From: a virus
Lineage: Duplodnaviria; Caudoviricetes
Strand: one strand, 5' to 3'
Length of the DNA: 64,000 bases
IMG/VR virus record: IMGVR_UViG_3300042554_001750
Under the pieces are notes generated by a model. The model was not told the DNA's origin, did not search any database, and saw only the letters and a list, made by a program, of their open reading frames with translations. Position numbers and translations under genes: made by a program. How positions within the stretch are numbered: position 1 is the stretch's first letter; every line of letters begins with the position of its first letter. Of the stretch, positions 8,341 to 16,670 are shown piece by piece.

Positions 8341-9375
8341 TCACTTTAAAAATACATCATTAATCTGACGGTTAACACGGATGAATGTGGTGCACTTACT
8401 AAGTTGTTTAAGAGTTGGTGCTCCAACATATGTGCAAGTGCTACGCAAACCTCCGAGTAAATCTAGTACAGTATTTTTTACTGCACCGCGATATTTAACT
8501 TCAACTGTGCGACCCTCACTACTGCGATAATTAGCGACACCTCCGTGATGCTTGTCCATAGCAGTATCACTACTCATGCCATAAAACACTACACGAGGAT
8601 TCTTACCATCTTCACTAATTACTTCGCCTTCGCCTTCATCATGTCCAGATAACATGCCACCCAGCATTACAAAATCAGCGCCAGCTCCGAAGGCTTTAGC
8701 GACATCCCCAGGACAAGTACAACCGCCGTCAGCAATAATGTGTCCACCAAGACCATGAGCAGCGTCCGCGCATTCAATGATTGCTGAAAGTTGTGGATAG
8801 CCAACGCCAGTTTGAATACGAGTAGTACAAACACTCCCAGGGCCAATGCCCACTTTAACAATATCGGCTCCACGTAGAATTAACTCCTGTGTCATGTCAG
8901 CCGTTACTACATTGCCTGCTATGATAGTATGCTTGGGATACAATCTACGAACATCAGCTACAAAATCACCAAAATGTTCGCTATACCCATTTGCAATATC
9001 AATACAAATAAAATGTATTGCAGGATTATCTTCTAGTATGGCTACTAATCTATTTAAGTCTTTTTCGCTAGTTCCAGTGCTTACGGCAAAATAATTGCCA
9101 CCGATATTATCAGTTAATTTAGGAAATTCATCACGACCTAGTGACTTTACTAGACAAGTAAACATCCTATGTTCGTAAAGTGCTACAGCCATAGAAGGAG
9201 TTCCTACACCATCCATGTTAGCTGCCATGACAGGGACTCCAGTCCATTCCCACCCACTATGCTTAAACTGGTATGTGCGAGTTAAATCAACTTCTTTACG
9301 GCTTGCTAGAGTACTACGCTTAGGACGAATCAATACATCCTTGAAATCTAGCTTAATATCATCTTCAATACGCAT
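8341..9375 (-). CDS. guaC: GMP reductase
   Basis: [50 protein letters not shown]. Confidence 0.95.
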   Translation of the reverse strand: MRIEDDIKLDFKDVLIRPKRSTLASRKEVDLTRTYQFKHSGWEWTGVPVMAANMDGVGTPSMAVALYEHRMFTCLVKSLGRDEFPKLTDNIGGNYFAVSTGTSEKDLNRLVAILEDNPAIHFICIDIANGYSEHFGDFVADVRRLYPKHTIIAGNVVTADMTQELILRGADIVKVGIGPGSVCTTRIQTGVGYPQLSAIIECADAAHGLGGHIIADGGCTCPGDVAKAFGAGADFVMLGGMLSGHDEGEGEVISEDGKNPRVVFYGMSSDTAMDKHHGGVANYRSSEGRTVEVKYRGAVKNTVLDLLGGLRSTCTYVGAPTLKQLSKCTTFIRVNRQINDVFLK

Positions 9376-9430
9376 TAACAATTGCCTCTAATAAAAACTA
9401 ACTATACAACAAAACAACTATAAAACAAAA

Positions 9431-9455
9431 GAAAACGGGAATAAATCCCGTTTTC
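9431..9455 (-). terminator. Rho-independent terminator after dnaK
   Basis: GAAAACGGGA-N5-TCCCGTTTTC followed by a T-run on the minus strand. Confidence 0.75.
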
Positions 9456-9458
9456 CTT

Positions 9459-11336
9459 TTACTTGACTTCTGTAGTTTCTGCGTCTACTACATTTGGTTC
9501 CGTTTTTTGTTTAGCTTGTTCTGCTTCATACTTTTTACTAGTAATGGGACCAATTGCTTGATACAGTTCGGTAACCTTTTTATTGATTTCCTCAGCATCT
9601 TCACCCTTAAGTGCTTGCTCTAAATTGTCAAGTGCTTCCTTTGCTTTATTACTTTCTTCCTCTGTTACCTGATCTTTAAATTCATTGTAATCACTACGGA
9701 AGTTATTTAAAGCACCTTCACCACTGTTCTTTGCTTGAATCAGTTCAAGTTTCTTCTTATCAGCTTCTGCATTTTCTTCAGCTTCACGAACCATCTTATC
9801 AATTTCAGCTTCAGTTAATCCAGAATTAGACTTGATTGTAATCTTGTTTTCTTTACCTGTGCCTTGATCTTTTGCACTAACATGCATGATACCGTTAGCA
9901 TCAATATCAAGTGTTACTTCAATTTGAGGTACTCCACGCTTGGCTGGGGGAATTCCTTCAAGATTAAATTCACCTAACAATTTATTGTGTTGTACAAATT
10001 CTCTTTCACCTTGATAGACTTTGACAGTAACAGCAGGTTGATTATCATCCGCAGTACTAAACACTTGACTATGCTTGGTAGGAATAGTAGTGTTCTTTTT
10101 GATAAGCTTAGTCATGACACCACCCATAGTTTCAATACCGAGACTTAGAGGTGTAACATCAAGCAATAGAACATCCTTACGGTCACCTGCTAAAACACTA
10201 CCTTGAATAGCTGCACCAGCGGCAACTGCTTCATCAGGATTAACATCCTTGCGAGGTGCCTTAGCAAACAATTTTTCAACTTCTTCTTGAACCTTAGGCA
10301 TGCGAGTCATACCGCCAACAAGAATGACTTCATCAATGTCACTTGCTGTTACATTTGCATCCTTCATCGCAATCTTGCATGGTTCAATAGAACGCTTGAT
10401 TAATTCTTCAACCAAACTTTCTAACTTAGCACGGGTGAGCTTGATGTTCATGTGCTTGGGACCACTTGCATCAGCAGTAATGTATGGAAGATTAACATCA
10501 GTTTGGCTACTGCTGGACAATTCAATCTTGGCCTTTTCAGCAGCTTCTTTCAAACGCTGTAGTGCTAATACATCCTTAGTTAGATCAACACCTTGTTCCT
10601 TTTTAAATTCAGAAACAAGATAGTCCATGATGCGTTGGTCAAAGTCTTCACCACCTAAAAATGTATCACCGTTAGTGGACAGAACTTCAATCTGTTTCTC
10701 ACCATCAATGTTTGCAATCTCAATAATAGAAACGTCAAAGGTACCACCGCCCAAGTCATAGACAGCAACCTTACGGTCTTTCTTATCAGCTTTATCTACA
10801 CCATATGCCAGTGCAGCCGCTGTTGGTTCATTGATGATACGCAATACTTCTAGACCAGCAATGCGTCCGGCATCCTTAGTTGCTTGACGCTGGCTGTCGT
10901 TGAAATATGCAGGGACAGTAATAACTGCTTGAGTGACTTCGTGACCGAGATAATCTTCTGCGGTCTTTTTCATCTTGCGCAAAACTTCGGCTGAAATTTG
11001 CGGAGGTGCAATTTCTTTACCTGAAACACGGACCCATGCGTCACCATTAGTTGCCTCATAGATTTCATATGGCATGAGGTCAATATCTTTTTGAACTGCG
11101 TTTTCTTTAAACTTACGACCAATCAAACGCTTGGCTGCATAGATAGTATTTTTGGGATTTGTTACTGCTTGTCGTTTTGCACTTGCACCAACTAAGATTT
11201 CATCGTTAGTGTATGCAATGATTGATGGGGTTGTACGTGCGCCTTCACTGTTTTCAATAACTTTTGTAGAACCGTTTTCTACAACTGCAACGCACGAATT
11301 GGTTGTACCGAGGTCAATACCTATTACTTTGCTCAT
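9459..11336 (-). CDS. dnaK: Hsp70 chaperone DnaK
   Basis: [36 protein letters not shown]; full length. Confidence 0.98.
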   Translation of the reverse strand: MSKVIGIDLGTTNSCVAVVENGSTKVIENSEGARTTPSIIAYTNDEILVGASAKRQAVTNPKNTIYAAKRLIGRKFKENAVQKDIDLMPYEIYEATNGDAWVRVSGKEIAPPQISAEVLRKMKKTAEDYLGHEVTQAVITVPAYFNDSQRQATKDAGRIAGLEVLRIINEPTAAALAYGVDKADKKDRKVAVYDLGGGTFDVSIIEIANIDGEKQIEVLSTNGDTFLGGEDFDQRIMDYLVSEFKKEQGVDLTKDVLALQRLKEAAEKAKIELSSSSQTDVNLPYITADASGPKHMNIKLTRAKLESLVEELIKRSIEPCKIAMKDANVTASDIDEVILVGGMTRMPKVQEEVEKLFAKAPRKDVNPDEAVAAGAAIQGSVLAGDRKDVLLLDVTPLSLGIETMGGVMTKLIKKNTTIPTKHSQVFSTADDNQPAVTVKVYQGEREFVQHNKLLGEFNLEGIPPAKRGVPQIEVTLDIDANGIMHVSAKDQGTGKENKITIKSNSGLTEAEIDKMVREAEENAEADKKKLELIQAKNSGEGALNNFRSDYNEFKDQVTEEESNKAKEALDNLEQALKGEDAEEINKKVTELYQAIGPITSKKYEAEQAKQKTEPNVVDAETTEVK

Positions 11337-11361
11337 ATTTTATCTCCTTTAAAAAAGCAAG

Positions 11362-11403
11362 AATATCGTAGGACCTGTAAGGCATCCTACGATATTATTT
11401 ATA
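11362..11403 (-). promoter_or_regulatory. Late promoter TATAAATA (11396-11403) abutting a 12-bp inverted repeat upstream of dnaK
   Basis: Exact T4 late box; AATATCGTAGGA-N11-TCCTACGATATT. Confidence 0.6.
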
Positions 11404-11414
11404 CCTAAAAATTA

Positions 11415-12590
11415 TTAGAACTTAGATTCTCTAGTGTGTTTACGATAATCCGTAGACATGCGCAAATATTTCTCACCCTTACCCTGAAGGACATCACAAA
11501 TTCTATCAATAGTACCGTCATTATAGTTACTAATTTTACCCATATTGACATGTGGTTTCTTTAGTAGAATTTCTAACTTGTTTATAGCATCTTCTATTGA
11601 CCATGGAACATAGAGGCGTTCATGATCATTAGCAAAAGTTTCTGGGAAACTGCGATAAGCAGGATACAATACATTACAACCAAGAGTATCGGCCTCAGAT
11701 ACTGTGTTTGATACCCAATCTTGTAAAGCACAATTAAACAAAACCCTACTATCATTAAGAATATTATAGTAAGTATTCTTATCTAGATCCTCATAAATTG
11801 ACAGTTTGTTTTCTTCTTCTAATTTACGGGTGCGTTTCATATAACTATCATTATTGCTACGCAACTTGCCGCCGCTACACAAAACAAATTCAACTTCGTT
11901 AGGATGCCTACGATTATATTCTTCAATTAGATCCATAAAGAAATCGGGCTGCTTTTCCTGATCCCAACGCGCGGCAAATACAACACGCATTCTGCGCTTG
12001 TTGAATGGTTTAATTTTACCTTCAACACGTTCTTCAACTTCTTCTTTACCGAATGCTAGCCCTGAAATATTGTATATAGGACTAGTCCATCCAGCAATAC
12101 GCATATGAGCAACCATTTCTTCGTTTGTTGCGAGGACTCCGTCCACAAACTCATTAACCATTTGTTCGTAGAGGCCCATCCATTTCGCCATACCCCATAC
12201 ATGTACGAAATCGTCAGGATCAATGGACTGAGCAAGACACCTAACATAAATGCGGGGACGTAGATTACTAGGGACTTGATCCAGTATGTAAGGTAAACTT
12301 TCCATACCGGGCTGGAACATGTCTTCAAAGTAGATAACATCTTCATTTGTTACTTTTCCCTCTTTCATCAATTTGACAAGGTTCATCATTTGACTCATGG
12401 AGTAGTAGCTACGACCATGAGCATCCAATACCTGACCAGTAACGATTGCCTGATCACTGGTTAGTGTTTCGCCGGATACAATTTCGTATTTGATTTTTCT
12501 TCGTTTGAAAACACGTTCATTCCAATCAGTTAACTGAAGGGTATAACGCGCTTTATAGGGCTCTAGCCCCATGTAAAATAGTTTTCTCAT
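11415..12590 (-). CDS. GT-B glycosyltransferase (putative DNA-modifying)
   Basis: FAARWDQEKQP, LQDWVSNTVSEA, YPAYRSFPE; lies next to the DpdL-like and DpdA-like genes. Confidence 0.7.
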   Translation of the reverse strand: MRKLFYMGLEPYKARYTLQLTDWNERVFKRRKIKYEIVSGETLTSDQAIVTGQVLDAHGRSYYSMSQMMNLVKLMKEGKVTNEDVIYFEDMFQPGMESLPYILDQVPSNLRPRIYVRCLAQSIDPDDFVHVWGMAKWMGLYEQMVNEFVDGVLATNEEMVAHMRIAGWTSPIYNISGLAFGKEEVEERVEGKIKPFNKRRMRVVFAARWDQEKQPDFFMDLIEEYNRRHPNEVEFVLCSGGKLRSNNDSYMKRTRKLEEENKLSIYEDLDKNTYYNILNDSRVLFNCALQDWVSNTVSEADTLGCNVLYPAYRSFPETFANDHERLYVPWSIEDAINKLEILLKKPHVNMGKISNYNDGTIDRICDVLQGKGEKYLRMSTDYRKHTRESKF

Positions 12591-12595
12591 ATTGA

Positions 12596-12841
12596 TTAGA
12601 AAAAGTTAATTTTTAACAATTTGCATACTGCATCATATGGATTTGATATCTCAACCCAAACATTAGATTTAATATCATATGTTTTGAATGCATCTACAGT
12701 AACATTCATTTTATCATTATTATATACTGTAGTCATATTGCATTTTCCCTCTAATACAAAATAATGTATATTAGAATCAGTAATGCTTCCTGTTATTGTT
12801 TCATTCTTATCTAGCTCAATTTGATTTATATTGTATGGCAT
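12596..12841 (-). CDS. Hypothetical protein, possibly cupin-like
   Basis: YFVLEG motif; preceded by TATAAATA (12878-12885) and a GCAA-tetraloop hairpin. Confidence 0.55.
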   Translation of the reverse strand: MPYNINQIELDKNETITGSITDSNIHYFVLEGKCNMTTVYNNDKMNVTVDAFKTYDIKSNVWVEISNPYDAVCKLLKINFF

Positions 12842-12854
12842 ATATTTTATGTAA

Positions 12855-12885
12855 AGAATGGCAGTTGCCTGCCATTCTATTTATA
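12855..12885 (-). promoter_or_regulatory. Late promoter TATAAATA overlapping a 10-bp GNRA hairpin
   Basis: AGAATGGCAG-GCAA-CTGCCATTCT; may also terminate the upstream gene. Confidence 0.55.
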
Positions 12886-12890
12886 TGCTT

Positions 12891-13106
12891 TTAAACCAAT
12901 TCAGCTTTTCCATCTATTTCCCAGTTGTCCTTGACAGGCTTTCCAGTAATAAATTTTGTATACTGACGGAATACATAACTCTTGTTACTGTATAGGTCAG
13001 ATTCGTCATATTTGTACCCAAACTGAACACAGAAATTAAGATACTTTTCTAGGTCCTCAAAAATCTGATTGACACGAGGATTGGGTTGAATAACGATTTT
13101 TGCCAT
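12891..13106 (-). CDS. Hypothetical protein, 71 aa
   Basis: SD AAGGAG upstream. Confidence 0.75.
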   Translation of the reverse strand: MAKIVIQPNPRVNQIFEDLEKYLNFCVQFGYKYDESDLYSNKSYVFRQYTKFITGKPVKDNWEIDGKAELV

Positions 13107-13117
13107 TTATATCTCCT

Positions 13118-13567
13118 TTAGATGGCTAGTTGTTGATAAGGTTGATGTGTTTTATAAGAAATTGTGGCACCGTTCTCACCGTCTTCGGATACGGTAATCT
13201 CAATGTCACGCCCGGGATAACGAGTAGCAATAACTTCATAAAGGTCATCGCTAATCATTTCACAACTCTTGAAATTCAATTCCAATGTGCCTTGGTAGAG
13301 CTTTTCTAGCCAACGCTTGAATTGGATAAACTCAATATCCCTATCGTTGTGAAATACTTGAATGCCTACGTTGAAATGAAAAATATGACGATGGGGAGTT
13401 CCCAAGAAACTTACATCATATTCATCACCAGTGGCAAGATTTGAGTCGGTTGCAGCAGCCGGGTACTTATGAATACCTTCTTTACGAAAGGTCACCCAGA
13501 TCATTCGGCGTGCTCGGTCGCGAATTCTTTCACGCTTTTCAGCCAATGCTTGTTCGTGTTGATTCAT
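13118..13567 (-). CDS. T-fold QueD paralogue (DpdL-like, predicted CDG decarboxylase)
   Basis: LGTPHRHIFHF metal-binding motif, DRDIEF, SCEM, VSEDGENGA; DpdL assignment is from recalled motif and needs an HMM check. Confidence 0.6.
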   Translation of the reverse strand: MNQHEQALAEKRERIRDRARRMIWVTFRKEGIHKYPAAATDSNLATGDEYDVSFLGTPHRHIFHFNVGIQVFHNDRDIEFIQFKRWLEKLYQGTLELNFKSCEMISDDLYEVIATRYPGRDIEITVSEDGENGATISYKTHQPYQQLAI

Positions 13568-13776
13568 TCATAACTCCGATTAAGTGTTGCCCACATCAAC
13601 CATTGATGGAAGGCGTTGTAAACTTTTTCTGCTTCTGTTGCATCTTGTTCAATTTTAATTCCGCGCACATAAAAGCCATCTTTTGCTACACGCAACATTT
13701 CAGACTCATTAGAGTGAAACAAGATTGTTGCAGGCTGAATGTCATGATCCAGATTAAAACTTGTAGTGTCGTCCAT
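13564..13776 (-). CDS. Hypothetical protein, 70 aa
   Basis: Coupled to neighbours. Confidence 0.65.
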   Translation of the reverse strand: MDDTTSFNLDHDIQPATILFHSNESEMLRVAKDGFYVRGIKIEQDATEAEKVYNAFHQWLMWATLNRSYE

Positions 13777-13940
13777 TATTCGTCACCGTAGCCTATACGC
13801 TGATTTTCTTCGTATTGGGCTTTGCGCAAAAGCCGTAATTCGTTTAAAACTTTATCAATTTTTTCTTTGTCTTTATTTTCGGCACTTTCCAAGTGCTTTA
13901 ATTGATTTTCTAAAATTCTAATTTGATTACTATAGTCCAT
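13776..13940 (-). CDS. Hypothetical protein, 54 aa (not in ORF track)
   Basis: MDYSNQIRILENQLKHLE...GYGDE; GGAG upstream; TAATG overlap with the next gene. Confidence 0.65.
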   Translation of the reverse strand: MDYSNQIRILENQLKHLESAENKDKEKIDKVLNELRLLRKAQYEENQRIGYGDE

Positions 13941-13941
13941 A

Positions 13942-15501
13942 CTATTCTCCTAACGCCTCTGTCATTGCATCATCACTATCAATGATTTCTTCATCAATTT
14001 CGGGTTCTGAATTTTCAAAACTAAACAGTTGATCAAACATAGTCATAGCGTTAACAGTCTTTTTACCACTAATACCCTGACTACCACTTTGCATTTGCGT
14101 CCATAGTTTGCTATGTCGCTCAATAACTTCTAAACTTTCAGCCTTTGTTTTCTTACTAAAGATTTCTTCAATCACATCTTTGTACAGTATACGATCAAAT
14201 GTTTCATTCATCAACATTTTTGGTATAACTCCCTGTTCATATCTACGGTTAGCTTCTTGAACACCATTGATATGCATCCAAACATTGTGACTTTGAACCA
14301 ATGTATAACTTAATGTATCCCAACTAGTTTTAGTTTCTTTACCGTGTTGACCCAAAAAGCCAACACCACGATAGCATAAATCTTTAAGTAAGAGTTTATC
14401 AGTTACTGGACTATCTGTAAATGTATCATGGATACCTTCAGCCAAAACAGCAGTGCTAAATTTGCGAGTATCATTAGCAAAGTTTTTATTTTCTGCGGTT
14501 TTTTCCATACTGTATGACCATTTTTTACCATGCTCAAAACTATTATTGAAATAAGCAAGGCCCTTAGCTGCACCATAAAATGGGCTAGCGCAGTCAAAAG
14601 TAATTTCCAAATTAGGATTGTGATATTTGCGTATTGCCTTTTTAATATCACTAAACAATACCGCATATTCCATGATACTAACACCTAGGCAATGAATTAA
14701 ATCATGTTTGCCCGGAATCAATAATCCATCATAGATAATATCAACTAATCTACGCAACATTAAATGTACATCAATTTTATTCTGACCACCGAATGCCCAA
14801 CCATTAAAATGATTGTCTGGATAGATATTTGGGTCACAATATTTTTTCATTTCAAGATACCAATCATCACTTTGAGTATGATTGCGACCTTGCAATACAT
14901 TTAAGAACTTACATTTGCCCGAACGGTTTTGAATAAAATATTCGTTGTTGATATGTGTAGCAGCAATCGCTTCTTCAATTGTGCTGATACCATGTGCTGA
15001 TTTACCAGTTTTGGGATCTTTGATATGAAAAGTAGTTAGTGACTGTGAAGGAATATCAAGACACATACCATAATCCATGTATGTATCCATCCATGTCAAA
15101 ACTTCCTTGCGCTTTTTCATGGCACGAGGACAGTTAGGATCCTTCCAATCAGCAGGCCACTGGCATTTTAGAATCTGAAATCCACCTGAGTCACCGAGCA
15201 TGAATGTGCCCGGTTCACGCTCACGGATAATGCTTTCATTTGGGTCATCTTTAGTGATATCTAAGTTAGCATGACCAGCACTGTACAATCCCCACTTATA
15301 ATAGTAAAGACCTTGTTGACTGTTTAAGAAATTCAAACATTCAACATCATTATTAAAACCAGCAGGAATCCTTGACTTCTCAAAATATTCCTCACCTTTG
15401 CGTTGCTTACCTAATCCACTGATGTAAAAACTACTAACAGCGGGCAAGAATAATGCCCACTCTGGATTGTGTTTACTAGAAAGATTATCTTGTTCCATCA
15501 T
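13942..15501 (-). CDS. dpdA: TGT-family guanine transglycosylase (DpdA-like, probably DpdA3-type)
   Basis: DSGGFQ, LDIP, VLQG, WAFGG, HCLG, FDCASP motifs; lacks the Zn-binding CxC motif of tRNA TGTs; in a folE/queD/queE context. Confidence 0.75.
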   Translation of the reverse strand: MMEQDNLSSKHNPEWALFLPAVSSFYISGLGKQRKGEEYFEKSRIPAGFNNDVECLNFLNSQQGLYYYKWGLYSAGHANLDITKDDPNESIIREREPGTFMLGDSGGFQILKCQWPADWKDPNCPRAMKKRKEVLTWMDTYMDYGMCLDIPSQSLTTFHIKDPKTGKSAHGISTIEEAIAATHINNEYFIQNRSGKCKFLNVLQGRNHTQSDDWYLEMKKYCDPNIYPDNHFNGWAFGGQNKIDVHLMLRRLVDIIYDGLLIPGKHDLIHCLGVSIMEYAVLFSDIKKAIRKYHNPNLEITFDCASPFYGAAKGLAYFNNSFEHGKKWSYSMEKTAENKNFANDTRKFSTAVLAEGIHDTFTDSPVTDKLLLKDLCYRGVGFLGQHGKETKTSWDTLSYTLVQSHNVWMHINGVQEANRRYEQGVIPKMLMNETFDRILYKDVIEEIFSKKTKAESLEVIERHSKLWTQMQSGSQGISGKKTVNAMTMFDQLFSFENSEPEIDEEIIDSDDAMTEALGE

Positions 15502-15869
15502 CCGATTTTAATTTCCATTGATGTAAGTTTCCTTACAATATCAATTTGTTCTTTTTTTTCTTTAATTTGTTTTTGAAGATCAGCAATGGTTGGGTTAGTT
15601 TTTGCTAACTCATTTAGTTCCATTTCTTCTTGGCGTTTTTGCCTTGCCCAATCAAGTAACGATTCAGCTTCGGGCGTCATTGAAACAGTAGAATATCCAG
15701 AAGCCATTTGAATCCAATTAGCTCCATCGTATATTTCAATATTTTGTGTTGAAGTATTAAACCGCATGTTACCAACACCTTGAGATCCACTGTAGTTATT
15801 CACATAAGTAGAGCCCGAGCCGCCGGTAACAGTCAGATATTTTCCACCGCCTGTAATGTTCTTAATCAT
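15498..15869 (-). CDS. Hypothetical protein, 123 aa
   Basis: Gly-rich N-terminus, coiled-coil C-terminus; overlaps both neighbours. Confidence 0.75.
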   Translation of the reverse strand: MIKNITGGGKYLTVTGGSGSTYVNNYSGSQGVGNMRFNTSTQNIEIYDGANWIQMASGYSTVSMTPEAESLLDWARQKRQEEMELNELAKTNPTIADLQKQIKEKKEQIDIVRKLTSMEIKIG

Positions 15870-16597
15870 TTTGCTTGCGCAGGAAGTAGATACTTGTATG
15901 TTGCAAGACCACTATCAACAGTAATCTCTGTAGCACCCTGATCACTAACCTTAACAGTCTTATCACCGGGCAAGTCCATAATAGATTGGAAGACCTTTAC
16001 AGGCCAGTTCCAAGCCTTACTTAGTGTACCAGTTACACCACTGTGAAACACAAAGTTACCACTGTGAGTTGAAGGATCACCGAAGTTAATCTTTAGATCA
16101 CCATTAAGTGTGGTCATAGTAAAGTGTTGTTCTTCACTGTTAGCACTTGCTTGTTTCTTCAAACGCAAGATACCTGCAATGCTAGGTTCAAATTCAACGT
16201 TCCAATTAGCACCCTTGAATACTGGAGTCTTGATTTTTTCTTCAACAATGGACTTGCTCATCAAACGGTAATCGTTTACGAAGTCATTGTTTTTAGTTTG
16301 AAAGTGAATGTTAGTGGGAACCATTGGATCATCTTTAGTTCCGCGTGTAACATTAACAGTGGCTTGTTCATCATACTCATCAAAACCAAGAATAGTTTTG
16401 AGCTTGCTAAGATTAGGCATACCAAATGTGCCGATAAAGTCACTAACTGGTTGCTTGAATGTACCCATTACGATAACACTCTTATCTTCTGCGATACTAA
16501 CAATTTGTGTTTCTTTGTCAGTACCCACAACCTTGACCAGCTCAATAACTCCTAGTCCATGTGTATGTTGAATCAAATCTTGTAAATAATCTTTCAT
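15866..16597 (-). CDS. Sliding clamp (gp45-like)
   Basis: Size, beta/alpha pattern, position next to polB. Confidence 0.65.
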   Translation of the reverse strand: MKDYLQDLIQHTHGLGVIELVKVVGTDKETQIVSIAEDKSVIVMGTFKQPVSDFIGTFGMPNLSKLKTILGFDEYDEQATVNVTRGTKDDPMVPTNIHFQTKNNDFVNDYRLMSKSIVEEKIKTPVFKGANWNVEFEPSIAGILRLKKQASANSEEQHFTMTTLNGDLKINFGDPSTHSGNFVFHSGVTGTLSKAWNWPVKVFQSIMDLPGDKTVKVSDQGATEITVDSGLATYKYLLPAQAK

Positions 16598-16634
16598 GTT
16601 TTTCCTTTTAAATATTTAGGCATTTATACTGTGT

Positions 16635-16663
16635 ATAATAATGGATTTTTTTGCGAATGTCAA
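16635..16663 (-). promoter_or_regulatory. Sigma70-type promoter upstream of the clamp gene
   Basis: TTGACA-N17-TATTAT. Confidence 0.65.
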
Positions 16664-16670
16664 TTTCAAT

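Noticed and set aside
9459-11336. Host chromosomal contamination (dnaK, guaC, clpA, dadA)
   Set aside because: These genes are flanked by T4-type late boxes and tightly coupled phage genes, with similar AT-rich composition.
11362-11396. CIRCE heat-shock operator upstream of dnaK
   Set aside because: Neither the sequence nor the spacer matches TTAGCACTC-N9-GAGTGCTAA.
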